From a bacterium (GTDB lineage: Bacteria; Patescibacteriota; Minisyncoccia; JBBINA01): 64,000 bases of DNA. The position numbers and the translations under genes were made by a program. The notes under the pieces were generated by a model, which made no database searches, was not told the origin of the DNA, and saw only the letters and a program-made list of their open reading frames with translations. Location: positions 13,961 through 77,960 of the forward strand of contig JBBINA010000001.1 of the NCBI GenBank assembly GCA_037444125.1, in the 5' to 3' direction. Positions 1-10,877 of the stretch are shown here, piece after piece. Each line of letters opens with the position of its first letter. The stretch's first letter is position 1.

Positions 1-51
1 CGTTTATATGTTAGCTAAAATCATTAATAAAGCTAAAATTTAAAAAGTTTT

Positions 52-618
52 ATGGCAAAAAAGAAAGATAAAGATTTAGGAGTTAGCAAGAAGCAAGATT
101 TAGACAAAATTGCGGAACTTCAGAATAAGCTCAATGAAATAATGCAAAAATTAAGTCTCCTTGAAGAAGAACATCTTAAAAAGGATCAAAAACTTACTGA
201 GTATCTTGATGGCTGGAAAAGGGCGCAGGCTGACCTTATTAATTATAAACGTGAGGAAAAAGAAAGACTGGAGCAATTTAAATCTTATATTGGCCTTGAG
301 ATAATCAAAAAAATTGTTATTCCAGCACTTGATGACTTGGATAGAGCTGTTGAAAATATTCCTAATGAACTGAGCGAGCATAATTGGGTTAAGGGGTTGA
401 TAGTGGTAAGTAATAATATTGTGGAGAACCTAAAGTCAGTAGGGATAGTTGTTTATGGTCAGCCGGGAGATAATTTTGATCCGAACTATCATGAAGTTCT
501 TTTAACAGAGCAAAAGCCAGAGATGGAGAATAAAATCATCAAGATCGTTGCACGAGGATATAAAACCAGTGAAGGAGTTGTTGTCAGAGCAGCTAAAGTC
601 GTCGTTGGAAAAAAATAA
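52..618 (+). CDS. grpE: nucleotide exchange factor GrpE
   Basis: RAQADLINYKR, FDPNYHE, GY...VVRAAKVVV motifs; directly upstream of dnaK. Confidence 0.95.
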   Translation: MAKKKDKDLGVSKKQDLDKIAELQNKLNEIMQKLSLLEEEHLKKDQKLTEYLDGWKRAQADLINYKREEKERLEQFKSYIGLEIIKKIVIPALDDLDRAVENIPNELSEHNWVKGLIVVSNNIVENLKSVGIVVYGQPGDNFDPNYHEVLLTEQKPEMENKIIKIVARGYKTSEGVVVRAAKVVVGKK

Positions 619-822
619 AAACCGAGATTTTGTTTGGAGAGTGTTTGTTTTGGATTCAAGATGAACGAGTTTATAATTTGCGAAGTTTATAATTTGTGAA
701 TAGTAGCTGAGATTTTAAATTTTTAATATTGATAGATTTCTTGTTTTAAGGCGTAAAAGATTTACTTTCAAGAATTTTTAAATATTTAAACATTTTAAAC
801 TTTTAATCTTTAAATTAAAATT

Positions 823-2664
823 ATGGCTAAAATTGTAGGTATTGATTTAGGTACAACTAATTCAGTGGTAGCCGTTATAGAATCTGGAGAACCAAGAATT
901 ATTGAAAATAAAGAAGGGGGCAGAATTACGCCATCGGTAGTAAGTATAACTAAAGCTGGCGAGCGCTTTGTTGGGATATTGGCGAAGCGGCAAGCGGTTA
1001 CTAATCCAGAAAACACAATCTATTCGATTAAGAGATTAATTGGTAGACGGTTTGATGATCCTGAAGTTCAGCATGAAATGAAGATTCTACCTTATAAAAT
1101 TAGACAAGCTAAAAATGGTGGTGTTGAAGTTAAAATGGGAGAACGTTGGTACACGCCACAGGAAATTTCAGCGATGATTTTGCAAAAAATTAAGCATGAT
1201 GTTGAGGATAAGCTTGGCGAAAAAGTTGAAGAAGCGGTGATTACTTGTCCGGCATATTTTGACGATAGCCAAAGGCGTGCTACTAAAGAGGCTGGAGAAA
1301 TAGCTGGGTTTAAAGTCAGGCGTGTTTTTAATGAGCCAACTGCAGCTGCTTTAGCTTATGGCTTTGACAAGAAAAAAGGGGGCAAAATTGTGGTTTATGA
1401 TTTTGGTGGAGGAACTTTTGATGTAACCGTGCTTGAAGTTAGTTCCGATACTATTGAGGTCAAGGCTACAGGTGGCGATACGCATCTTGGCGGAGATGAT
1501 ATAGATCAAGTGTTAATCCATTGGCTCATTAGCGAATTTAAAAAAGAACATGGTATTGATCTTAGTAAAGATGTGATTGCGCTTCAGCGCTTAAAAGATG
1601 CTTCTGAAAAGGCTAAACAAGAGCTTTCTACGCTTCAGGAGGTTGAGATTAACTTGCCTTTTATCACTTCTTCAGAATCAGGGCCTTTACATCTTTTGAA
1701 GAAGTTAACACGGTCAGAACTTGAAAGAATGGTGGTACACTTTATTGATAAGTCAATTGAGGAAACTAAGAAGACAGTTAAAGAAGCCGGTTTAGAAATA
1801 AAAGATATTGATGAGATAGTGCTTGTTGGTGGACAAACCAGGATGCCGCTTATTCAAAAAAAAGTTAAAGAACTATTTGGCAAGGAGCCGAATAAAAGCA
1901 TTAATCCTGATGAAGTAGTGGCTGTTGGCGCGGCAATTCAGGCAGGGATAATGCAGGGTGAAGTAAGAGATGTTTTGCTTTTAGATGTAACTCCCTTATC
2001 CTTAGGAATTGAAACATTAGGTGGTGTTTTTACAGTTTTGATTCCTAAGAATACCACTATTCCGACCAAAAAATCGCAAGTATTTACTACGGCTGCCGAT
2101 GGACAATCGTCAGTTGAAATTCATGTTCTTCAAGGAGAAAGACCTATGGCACAGGACAATAAAACATTGGGTAGGTTTATTCTTGATGGTATCCCGCCAG
2201 CCCCTAGGGGTGTTCCACAAATTGAAGTGACTTTTGATATTGATGCTAATGGTATTTTGCAAGTTTCTGCCGTAGACAAAGGTACGGGGAAGAGTCAAAC
2301 TATTCGTATTGAGGCTTCGACTGGGCTTTCAAAAGAAGAAATTGAAAAAATGAAAAAGGAAGCTGAACTCTATGCTGAAGAAGATAAGAAAAAAAGAGAA
2401 CTAATTGAAACTCAAAACGAAGCTGCTAATCTTATATACAGTGCGGAAAAATCATTAAAAGACTATGAAGGTAAAATTACAGCTGCAGATAAAGAGGAAA
2501 TTCAGCGTGGCATTGATGAACTTAAGAAAGTTGAGAAATCAAGCGATGTTCAGGAAATACGGGAGAAAATGAAGGCGCTTACTGATGTTTTGTTGCGCAT
2601 TGGACAGCAAATTTACAAACAAAACCCGCCGTCAGAAGAAAAAGGAAGCGGTTCTCAGAGGTGA
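823..2664 (+). CDS. dnaK: molecular chaperone DnaK (Hsp70)
   Basis: [37 protein letters not shown] motifs. Confidence 0.99.
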   Translation: MAKIVGIDLGTTNSVVAVIESGEPRIIENKEGGRITPSVVSITKAGERFVGILAKRQAVTNPENTIYSIKRLIGRRFDDPEVQHEMKILPYKIRQAKNGGVEVKMGERWYTPQEISAMILQKIKHDVEDKLGEKVEEAVITCPAYFDDSQRRATKEAGEIAGFKVRRVFNEPTAAALAYGFDKKKGGKIVVYDFGGGTFDVTVLEVSSDTIEVKATGGDTHLGGDDIDQVLIHWLISEFKKEHGIDLSKDVIALQRLKDASEKAKQELSTLQEVEINLPFITSSESGPLHLLKKLTRSELERMVVHFIDKSIEETKKTVKEAGLEIKDIDEIVLVGGQTRMPLIQKKVKELFGKEPNKSINPDEVVAVGAAIQAGIMQGEVRDVLLLDVTPLSLGIETLGGVFTVLIPKNTTIPTKKSQVFTTAADGQSSVEIHVLQGERPMAQDNKTLGRFILDGIPPAPRGVPQIEVTFDIDANGILQVSAVDKGTGKSQTIRIEASTGLSKEEIEKMKKEAELYAEEDKKKRELIETQNEAANLIYSAEKSLKDYEGKITAADKEEIQRGIDELKKVEKSSDVQEIREKMKALTDVLLRIGQQIYKQNPPSEEKGSGSQR

Positions 2665-2671
2665 TTAAATC

Positions 2672-3110
2672 GTGAATTTTGAATCAAAAGTTATTTTAGA
2701 GTATCGTGGTATAGAGTTAAGTGATTTTACGAAACTAATAGTGACAATGTTGCTAATAAAGTTATTGCAGGTTATGTTGTTTCGCCAACACTAGCTTTAT
2801 CCTATCCGTTATTAGCTTTGCACATGATTAAACGCAAGAAGGCGCTCGGCAAGTTTTCGTTATATGATCACGGATGCGGGGGACTGATATTTCTGAGATA
2901 AGTGAAGTTTTTGCTCGAACAATTCAGCATCAAAAAGTTGATGGTGTAATATTGTTTCCTTTGGCTAGACCGAAAACGCTAGTTTCTTGGATTGAAGCAT
3001 TAAGCAGAATGGATATTTCTGTGTCCATCAAGGGATTTACAAGCGAGTTCATTATAGAGAAGACAGCGTTATTGAAATTTATAAACTGGCAGCAAGGTAG
3101 GGTGTTTTAA
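2672..3110 (+). pseudogene. probably frameshifted hypothetical gene (ORF 2874-3110 is its 3' part)
   Basis: GTG at 2672 opens a frame that continues only with shifts near the T4 run at ~2725 and the G5 run at ~2880; strong terminator follows. Confidence 0.35.
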
Positions 3111-3220
3111 GATTCATTGTGCCTCGAGATATAATTTAGCTCTAAAGGTTCATAGCGAAGTTGATAAGATAATTAAAGGGTCAGAATGGTACTTTGTAAA
3201 ATCAGTAGTGTAAAATGAGT

Positions 3221-3248
3221 GCGGCGAGCGTTGGTTCTCGCCGCTTTT
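3221..3248 (+). terminator. intrinsic terminator
   Basis: GCGGCGAG-loop-CTCGCCGC followed by TTTT. Confidence 0.75.
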
Positions 3249-3324
3249 ATTCAACAGGCAGGTAATAGTATTTTAAACGAGGTTTGTTTATAATGAATTT
3301 ATCTTAATTATTTAGTTAAGGTTT

Positions 3325-4449
3325 GTGAAAAAAGATTACTATGAAATTTTAGGCGTACCTAAAAACGCCTCTCAAGATGAAATTAAGAAGGCGTATTATC
3401 GTTTAGCTCATAAATATCACCCTGATAAAGGCGGCGATGAGGAGAAGTTTAAAGAAATTAATGAAGCCTATCAGGTTTTGTCTAATCCACAGAAACGAAA
3501 ACAATATGATACCTTCGGTCACACTTTTGAAGGTGCTTATGGTCCTGGGCAAGCTGGACAGTATGGGCAAGGTTTTGGCGGTTTTAATTTTGGAGATCTT
3601 GAAGATTTATTAAAAAATTTTGGCTTCAGCGGTTTTGATATTGGTTCGGTTTTTGGTGATTTTTTTGGAGAAGGACAAAGCGGTACATCGTATACAGAAG
3701 AAGATATTTTTGGGCATAGAGCCAAAAGGGGACGCGGACGTGACATAATTGTTAATTTAGAGATTGATCTTAAAGATGTATTTTTTGGTTCAAAAAAAGA
3801 TTTTCAAATTGAAAGATATGAGAAATGTGAGGTTTGTCGTGGGCAAGGATATGATATAGAGGCAGGCGTAGAAATGTGTGGAACTTGTAGAGGGACAGGT
3901 CAAGTGCAAGAGACGCGACGAATGCCGTTTGGTATATTTTCTCAAGTGAGACGATGTTCTTCTTGCGGAGGAGTCGGACGGATTCCCAAAAAGGCGTGTT
4001 CGATATGCCGCGGCCAGGGAAGTATAAAGCAAAAAAAGACAATTAGCATTGATATTCCTGAGGGTATCGATACAAACCAAGTTTTGCAATTAAAAGGTCA
4101 AGGAAATTTCGAAGACGGCCATTATGGTAATTTATTTATAAAAATTTTAGTAAAGAAAGACCCTAATCTTACCCGCAAGGGTTCAGATTTGTTTATGAAG
4201 AAGATGGTTAAGCTGACTGATATATTGTTATCGCGTGAGATTTTTGTAAATTTATTCAATGAGCAGATTCGCATTAAACTTTATCCTCATAATCTCAGTG
4301 AACCATTAATTAAAATTGAAGGTAAAGGTATGCCAAATTTTCAAAGACGAGGTCGTGGCAACTTGTTTGTTAGAATAATTCCCCAAGTTAAAGACCGCTG
4401 GTCGCGTAATGTTTATAAACTCATTGAAGAATTAGATAAGGAGTTGTAA
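3325..4449 (+). CDS. dnaJ: molecular chaperone DnaJ
   Basis: J domain with HPD, G/F-rich region, four CxxCxGxG repeats. Confidence 0.97.
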   Translation: MKKDYYEILGVPKNASQDEIKKAYYRLAHKYHPDKGGDEEKFKEINEAYQVLSNPQKRKQYDTFGHTFEGAYGPGQAGQYGQGFGGFNFGDLEDLLKNFGFSGFDIGSVFGDFFGEGQSGTSYTEEDIFGHRAKRGRGRDIIVNLEIDLKDVFFGSKKDFQIERYEKCEVCRGQGYDIEAGVEMCGTCRGTGQVQETRRMPFGIFSQVRRCSSCGGVGRIPKKACSICRGQGSIKQKKTISIDIPEGIDTNQVLQLKGQGNFEDGHYGNLFIKILVKKDPNLTRKGSDLFMKKMVKLTDILLSREIFVNLFNEQIRIKLYPHNLSEPLIKIEGKGMPNFQRRGRGNLFVRIIPQVKDRWSRNVYKLIEELDKEL

Positions 4450-4487
4450 AATAAGGGATAAATTTTGAATATCTAAGTAAAATAATA

Positions 4488-4967
4488 ATGATTAATTTTT
4501 TAGTCTCTTATTTTACAACTTATCTAGATTTAGCAATTTTTGTGGCTGCAGTTGTTTTTTTGTCGCCGGTTTTTTTATTAATGGGACAAGCGCGGGTAAC
4601 GGTATTGATATTAGCAAGTTATCTATCGTATGTTTTCTATCTAACTTTTCCCCGCAAAGATTTGTTTATTGATTTGAAGGTTGGTCTATTTTTACCTGGC
4701 ACCGCAGTTATGTTTATCTTGGGAGTGGTAGTGATTGCTTTGTTTTTTTTCTTTACTAATTTTGTTTTAGGCGCTCGGAAAAAGTTTCCCTTAAAGACAC
4801 TAATAGCAGGTTTATTTTTACTGATGTTGTTTTTTTCATTTTATTTTGAGACGGTTGCCCAAAGTTACAAAAATTTCAGCCCTTTTATTCAGTTTGTCTT
4901 TTTTAGCGATTATTCTTCTATCGTATGGCGAGGGATACCTATTTTTTTAATACCATTTTTTTTATAA
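4488..4967 (+). CDS. multi-pass membrane protein of unknown function
   Basis: about five hydrophobic segments; tight spacing between dnaJ and dnaX. Confidence 0.7.
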   Translation: MINFLVSYFTTYLDLAIFVAAVVFLSPVFLLMGQARVTVLILASYLSYVFYLTFPRKDLFIDLKVGLFLPGTAVMFILGVVVIALFFFFTNFVLGARKKFPLKTLIAGLFLLMLFFSFYFETVAQSYKNFSPFIQFVFFSDYSSIVWRGIPIFLIPFFL

Positions 4968-4970
4968 AAT

Positions 4971-6083
4971 ATGGAGCATACTGTTATTTATCGTAAATAC
5001 AGACCGACAAAGTTTGCTGATGTGATTGGACAGGATATTATAGTTGAGATTTTAAAAGCTCAAGTTTTTACTAAGCGTATTGGTAATGCTTATTTATTTT
5101 CTGGACAGCATGGAGTAGGTAAAACTACGGTAGCTAGACTTTTTTCCAAAGCAATTAATTGTCAAAATTTTCACCAGAAAGCTGATGTCTGTAATATCTG
5201 CGACAATTGCAAGCATTTTGAATCTACTTCGTTAAGTGATTTTATTGAAATAGATGGAGCGTCTAATCGGGGCATCGATGAGATCCGCAGTATTTCTGAA
5301 CAGATTCGCTATCCACCATCATTTTTGAATTACAAGGTTTATATCATTGACGAGGCCCATATGATTACTCGTCAAGCTTTTAACGCATTTCTTAAGAATC
5401 TTGAGGAGCCGCCGCCTTATGTTGTATTTATATTAGCGACTACCGAGGCTCATAAGCTACCTAAGACGATTTTATCTAGACTTCAGATTTTTGAGTTTAA
5501 AAAAGCTACGAAAGATGATATTAAGCTCAAAATTAAAAAGATTTTGCTTAATGAAAGAGTGGAATATGATGAGGCCGTAGTTGATTATGTTAGTGGATTA
5601 GGTAAAGGTTCTTTTCGTGATGTTGAATCTAGTTTAAATAAAATTCTTTTGTTGAGTTCTAAAAAGTTGACTTTGCCTCAGGTTAAGAAAATTTTGGGCT
5701 TAAGTGATTTCGAGGAGTTGAAAAAATTTATCGAATTTCTATTGGATGCCAAAACAAAAGAGGCACTAACTTTTCTTGATACGCATTTAGTTAAAAAGTC
5801 TCGTGATTTCAAAATCTTTGGTGAGGATTTATTAATGTTTTTGCGCAATATCGTTATTGCTTATTATGGCCGTAACCTTTTTGATCCTCGTGAGTTCACA
5901 GTAGATGAAATCGAGGTGTTAGTTGATTTGGGAAAAAAAGCTGAACTTAGAAAATTTATAAAGTTAATCGATATTTTTAAAGAGGCTTATCAGAATATTT
6001 ATCAATATCCATATCCTCATATTCCTTTTGAAGTGGCGGTGATAGAAGCGAGTAACCTTTTTAAACCTACTTCGGATAGATAG
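4971..6083 (+). CDS. dnaX: DNA polymerase III subunit gamma/tau
   Basis: YRKYRP, Walker A GQHGVGKTT, EIDGASNRGID, IIDEAHM, LEEPP. Confidence 0.95.
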   Translation: MEHTVIYRKYRPTKFADVIGQDIIVEILKAQVFTKRIGNAYLFSGQHGVGKTTVARLFSKAINCQNFHQKADVCNICDNCKHFESTSLSDFIEIDGASNRGIDEIRSISEQIRYPPSFLNYKVYIIDEAHMITRQAFNAFLKNLEEPPPYVVFILATTEAHKLPKTILSRLQIFEFKKATKDDIKLKIKKILLNERVEYDEAVVDYVSGLGKGSFRDVESSLNKILLLSSKKLTLPQVKKILGLSDFEELKKFIEFLLDAKTKEALTFLDTHLVKKSRDFKIFGEDLLMFLRNIVIAYYGRNLFDPREFTVDEIEVLVDLGKKAELRKFIKLIDIFKEAYQNIYQYPYPHIPFEVAVIEASNLFKPTSDR

Positions 6084-6129
6084 TATATGATTTAATTTGC
6101 GGTTAATATGCATTAATATCATTATCATT

Positions 6130-7506
6130 ATGGAGTCTAAAAATAACAAGAATCTTTTGGAAAAGATAACAGCGCTCTGTAAGAGGCGAGGTTTAGTATT
6201 CCAAGGTTCAGAAATTTACGGTGGCCTTGAATCGATTTATGATTATGGGCCAGTTGGAGTTTTAATCAAAAATAATATTAAAAAATTATGGTGGCGCGAG
6301 TATGTTGAGAAACGAGCCGATATTGTAGGTTTAGACTCGTCAATATTGATGAGGGCAGCTGTTTGGAAAACATCAGGACATTTGGATAGTTTTAATGATC
6401 TAATGGTTGAGTGCATTTCTTGTCAAAAACGTTTTCGTGTTGATCATTTACTTGAGGGTTTTGGGTTTGAATTTAAGAGCGATAAAGATTACTTAAAAAA
6501 AGTTTTGAACGAAAATTCTTGCCCGAATTGTCAAAAGAAGAGTTTTGGCCAAATCGGGTCATTTAATATGATGTTTAAAACTTTTTTTGGACCTTATGAA
6601 AAAACTGAAAATGTTGTTTATTTGAGGCCCGAGACCGCTCAAGGCATTTTCGTTAATTTTAAAAATATTTTAAATTCATATCGATTGAAGCTTCCGTTTG
6701 GAGTGGCACAGATTGGTAAGGCTTTTCGTAATGAAATCACCACTGGCAATTTTTTGTTTAGACTTCGGGAGTTTGAACAAATGGAGTTGGAGTGGTTTAC
6801 TAGACCCGAGGATTCAGGGAAAGATTACGATTATTGGCAAAGAGAGCGTTTGAAATGGTACGAAAGGATTGGATTTAACCCATCTCATTTAAGAATTCGA
6901 CAGCACCAGAAATTAGAGTTAGCACATTATGCTATAGCTTCCTGTGATATAGAATATAAATTTTCTTTTGGCTGGAAAGAGATTGAAGGTATTGCGAATC
7001 GTATAGATTTCGATTTAAAGAGCCACTCACGCCAGACAAAACAAGATTTGACTTATTTTGATGAGCATACAAAAAAAGCTATTACGCCATATATTATTGA
7101 ACCTTCCTGTGGCGTTGATCGAGTGTTTTTAGCTTTATTATTTGATGCTTATTGCGAAGAAGAAGTAAGGGGTAGAAAGCGAGTTTATCTTAGGTTAAGC
7201 AAAGCTATTGCTCCATTTAAAGTTGCTGTTTTTCCTCTTTTATCAAATAATGATATTTTAGTAAAAAAAGCTCGCGAGGTTTACGATTTTCTTAAAGATG
7301 AGATTTATCCTATTATTTTTGATGACTCTGGTTCAATAGGCAAGCGTTATAGACGTATTGACGAAATTGGTGTGCCATATGGGATTACAATTGATCATAT
7401 AACCTTAATTGATACTACCGTAACTATTCGTGAGCGCGATTCAATGAAACAAGAACGTGTTGAGATAAAAGATCTTCTAAAGTGGATTAGGGAAAAATTT
7501 GATTAA
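6130..7506 (+). CDS. glyQS: glycine--tRNA ligase (alpha2, archaeal/eukaryotic type)
   Basis: YLRPETAQG, FRNEIT, REFEQMELE, IIEPSCGVDR, GSIGKRYRR; ATG 6130 preferred over TTG 6097. Confidence 0.95.
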   Translation: MESKNNKNLLEKITALCKRRGLVFQGSEIYGGLESIYDYGPVGVLIKNNIKKLWWREYVEKRADIVGLDSSILMRAAVWKTSGHLDSFNDLMVECISCQKRFRVDHLLEGFGFEFKSDKDYLKKVLNENSCPNCQKKSFGQIGSFNMMFKTFFGPYEKTENVVYLRPETAQGIFVNFKNILNSYRLKLPFGVAQIGKAFRNEITTGNFLFRLREFEQMELEWFTRPEDSGKDYDYWQRERLKWYERIGFNPSHLRIRQHQKLELAHYAIASCDIEYKFSFGWKEIEGIANRIDFDLKSHSRQTKQDLTYFDEHTKKAITPYIIEPSCGVDRVFLALLFDAYCEEEVRGRKRVYLRLSKAIAPFKVAVFPLLSNNDILVKKAREVYDFLKDEIYPIIFDDSGSIGKRYRRIDEIGVPYGITIDHITLIDTTVTIRERDSMKQERVEIKDLLKWIREKFD

Positions 7507-7740
7507 TTAAGAGCACTTGAAAGTTGCGATTAATTTTTTTTATAAATAAACTGGAAGTATTGCTGAATGCCGTTCTTTTTAAAAAGCTTACGAACGGTCA
7601 GTCAGCAAAATTTACTCATGCCGAGGTGGTGGCGCACGCAAAAACGCTCGATAATATACTTCGACGATACAGGGGAAGGTGGAGACCGTTGGCTATTTAC
7701 CCACCTAATTATCTAACGGTTGAGACCTATTTATTTTTTT

Positions 7741-9027
7741 ATGAATAAATTCGAAAAAATCACCTTTCAAAATGGGCTTGTTTTGCTTTTTGCTGCTGTT
7801 AGAAATGTTGAAACTTTTACTTTTGTTGTGGCAAGTAAAGTTGGTTCAAAGTACGAAACTTTGGATAACAATGGTATTAGTCATTTGCTTGAGCATATGG
7901 TTTTTAAAGGTACAGATAAATTTAAAAATCAACAGGAGCTAAGTTTTGCTTTAGAGAATATCGGTTCAAGTTATAATGCTTTTACGGATAAAGAGGTGAC
8001 GGCTTATTATATTAAGGGCGATTTGAAATATTTTGAAGAAGCAGCCGGGATTTTAGCTTCAATGTATTTGAATCCTCTTTTACCTCAAGAAGAACTTGAA
8101 AAAGAAAAAGCGATTATTCGACAGGAAATTTATATGTATCATGATAACCCGTCACGATATGTTAGCGATTTATTTGAATACACTTTATTTGAAGGGTCAA
8201 GTCTTGGTTTTGAAATTGCTGGTTCAGAAGAAAGTTTATCTAAAATTAATTGGCAGATGTTGACTGATTATTATCAATCAAATTACATTCCCCCTAATAC
8301 TATTATCGTGGTGGCTGGTGGTTTAGACAAGAAGAGAGCTTTAAACGCCATTAAGAAACATTTTATTTTTTCTAAGGCTAGCTTGAAGGTGAAGAGTAAT
8401 CAAACTTTTGAAATACCGATAAGCAGCAAATCGGATATACGGATTCATTATAAAGAGACTAAAGAAGCTCATATTAAAATTGGTTTTCCAGCTTATGCTT
8501 TCAATGATGAAAGAAGATATATTTTGGGTGTTATGTCATGTATTTTGGGTCAAGGTATGGGATCATATCTTTTTTCTAAGATCAGGGAAGAATTGGGACT
8601 TTGTTATTATATTTTTTCTGAAGTTGGTGCCTACAAAGAAACTGGTTTTTTGGGAATTCAAGCTGGTTTAAACAATGATAAGCTTAAGCAAGGCATTATA
8701 GAAACATTTAAGATTTTAAAGAATCTTAGAGACAAAGAAGTGAATCAAAAGGAACTTAGACGCGCCAAAAATTTCTTAATTGGTAATTTCTTATTGAGTC
8801 TGGAGTCAAATTTTCAGCTAGCTAATTTCTATCTTATGCAGGAAGTGGCTGGCTCGCCTAGGATTTTAACGCCTGACGAAGTTATTAAAAAAACTTCTAA
8901 GGTTAGCTCTCAAAATATTAAAGTAATAGCTCGTGATATCATTAAAAGCCATTGTCTTAAAATTGCCTTGGTTGGACAATTTAAAAAAGATGAATTTAAC
9001 GATATAATGAAATTTGTTTTCGAATGA
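7741..9027 (+). CDS. M16 family (pitrilysin-like) zinc peptidase
   Basis: inverted zinc motif HLLEH, NAFT, IREELGLCY. Confidence 0.92.
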   Translation: MNKFEKITFQNGLVLLFAAVRNVETFTFVVASKVGSKYETLDNNGISHLLEHMVFKGTDKFKNQQELSFALENIGSSYNAFTDKEVTAYYIKGDLKYFEEAAGILASMYLNPLLPQEELEKEKAIIRQEIYMYHDNPSRYVSDLFEYTLFEGSSLGFEIAGSEESLSKINWQMLTDYYQSNYIPPNTIIVVAGGLDKKRALNAIKKHFIFSKASLKVKSNQTFEIPISSKSDIRIHYKETKEAHIKIGFPAYAFNDERRYILGVMSCILGQGMGSYLFSKIREELGLCYYIFSEVGAYKETGFLGIQAGLNNDKLKQGIIETFKILKNLRDKEVNQKELRRAKNFLIGNFLLSLESNFQLANFYLMQEVAGSPRILTPDEVIKKTSKVSSQNIKVIARDIIKSHCLKIALVGQFKKDEFNDIMKFVFE

Positions 9028-9067
9028 GTCTTGTTAAAATGAATTTTTTTGACTATTATAAAATGTT

Positions 9068-10081
9068 ATGCCTGAATCAGTCGAGATTTCATTTAAAACC
9101 ATTGTTAAGACAATTTTATTTCTTGTGGCTATTATTTTTGTTCTTTGGGTTAAAGAGTTGATTATTGTCCTAATTATTTCATTTATCATCGCCTCAGCTT
9201 ATGCACCATTGGTTGAAAAACTTAAAGAGAAAAAGGTGCCGCGGGTTTTAAGTGCTTTGTTGCTTTATTTGGTTACTCTAGCGGTTTTGTCATTTTTAAT
9301 TTATTTGGTTATTCAGCCGTTATCGCAGGAATTTTACCAAATTTCCAAGAATATACCTCAGATAATTAACCAATTTACAACTTCGTCATTTTTTAAGGAA
9401 TACGGCTTAGAATTAAAGGACGCTTTGCTTAATTTATCAACCAAGTTGCAGTCGCTTTCGCTTAACGCGATTAATCTTTTAATTGCTCTTTTGGGAGGAT
9501 TTTTACAAACAGCCGTAGTTTTAGTATTATCTTTTTACCTAACTATTGAAAATAGAGAAATTCAGAGTTTTATTTCCGTTATATTCCCTAAAAAATATCA
9601 GAACTTTTTTTTAAAGATTTGGGTGCGTTCGCAAAAAAAACTAAGCTCCTGGGTTAAGGCACAATTCCTTTTGATGTTAGTTGTTAGTGTTGTTTCTTTT
9701 TTGGGGCTTTCTTTATTGGGTATTCCTTTTGCCTTATCCTTGGCAATTCTTTCTGGTCTTTTTGAAATTATTCCTTATGCTGGGCCAATATTTGCGGCTA
9801 TTGTAGCTATTTTTATCGCTCTTATTTATACCGGACCTTTTTATGCCTTACTTACTTTGATTCTATATTTTTTGATTCAGCAACTAGAGAATTATGTGAT
9901 TGTACCCAAAATTATGGAACGCACTTTTCACTTAAGCCCTGTAATGGTTATTAGCGCTATTTATATTGGCGCCAAACTAGGTGGAGCCATTGGCGGATTT
10001 TTAGCTATTCCAGTTTCACTTCTTATTAGCGAAGGTATAAAAGAATATCAAGAATTAAAGAATGTTGAAAATGATTTATAA
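9068..10081 (+). CDS. AI-2E family transporter
   Basis: multi-TM; IPYAGP, IQQLENYVIVPKIM, GGFLAIP motifs. Confidence 0.88.
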   Translation: MPESVEISFKTIVKTILFLVAIIFVLWVKELIIVLIISFIIASAYAPLVEKLKEKKVPRVLSALLLYLVTLAVLSFLIYLVIQPLSQEFYQISKNIPQIINQFTTSSFFKEYGLELKDALLNLSTKLQSLSLNAINLLIALLGGFLQTAVVLVLSFYLTIENREIQSFISVIFPKKYQNFFLKIWVRSQKKLSSWVKAQFLLMLVVSVVSFLGLSLLGIPFALSLAILSGLFEIIPYAGPIFAAIVAIFIALIYTGPFYALLTLILYFLIQQLENYVIVPKIMERTFHLSPVMVISAIYIGAKLGGAIGGFLAIPVSLLISEGIKEYQELKNVENDL

Positions 10082-10805
10082 AAGATTTTATATTGAATCA
10101 AAAGATTTTGAGCAATTTTCCTTTAAAGATAATATCGTCGTGTTGATGAATAAGGACTTAAGACATCGACTTTGTCACGTTTTGCGTCTAAAAGCGGGCG
10201 ATGAACTGATTTTGTTTACTGATCAGAGCATTGAGTATTTGGCGACTATTAACGAAGTTACTAAAAATTCTATTGTTTTTAAAATTAAGAGAGTGTTAAA
10301 ATTTGCAAATCATTTGACAAGACAGATTATTGTCTTTTTTTCTTTGATTAAAAAATCTAGATTTGAGTGGGCTTTGGAAAAGTTGACCGAGTTGGGGGTT
10401 TATAAAATTGTTCCCATAGTATGCGCTAGAACCGTAGTAAAGATAGATAAAATTCCTCAACGCTTTAAGAGGATTTTAATTGAAGCTTCTGAACAGTCAG
10501 GGAGGACATCAGTGCCGGCAATAGAAGATCCCTTAACTTTCAGCGAAGCTGTTCGGAAAGTAATCTCTTTTCAAGATGCAATTAATATTCTTTTCGATTC
10601 TAGTGGCGAGAAATTATCCGACTATAATGCTGATTTAAACAAAAAAAGAAAAATTAATATTTTTGTTGGTCCTGAGGGTGGTTTTACAGATGCAGAAATT
10701 ACAGAGGCGACGAGAAATAATTTTGAGATCGTAAAATTATCACCCTTAATTTTAAGAGCCGAAACAGCTGCAATTGTTGGCGCTTATCTGGTTTTAAATT
10801 ATTGA
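10062..10805 (+). CDS. rsmE: 16S rRNA m3U1498 methyltransferase RsmE
   Basis: HVLRL, EKLTELGV, EASEQSGR, VGPEGGF, ILRAETA. Confidence 0.95.
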   Translation: MLKMIYKRFYIESKDFEQFSFKDNIVVLMNKDLRHRLCHVLRLKAGDELILFTDQSIEYLATINEVTKNSIVFKIKRVLKFANHLTRQIIVFFSLIKKSRFEWALEKLTELGVYKIVPIVCARTVVKIDKIPQRFKRILIEASEQSGRTSVPAIEDPLTFSEAVRKVISFQDAINILFDSSGEKLSDYNADLNKKRKINIFVGPEGGFTDAEITEATRNNFEIVKLSPLILRAETAAIVGAYLVLNY

Positions 10806-10877
10806 TAATTATGAGAATATTTATAAAAAATGCTCATTTTAAATTTATTCTGAATACAAGAATGAAAAGCAATTTCC

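Noticed and set aside
11-36. TTAGC...GCTAA inverted repeat before grpE as a CIRCE element
   Set aside because: Lacks the ACTC/GAGT core and the spacing is off by one
668-699. 16-bp tandem duplication AGTTTATAATTTGYGA between grpE and dnaK
   Set aside because: Only two AT-rich copies; no evidence of function
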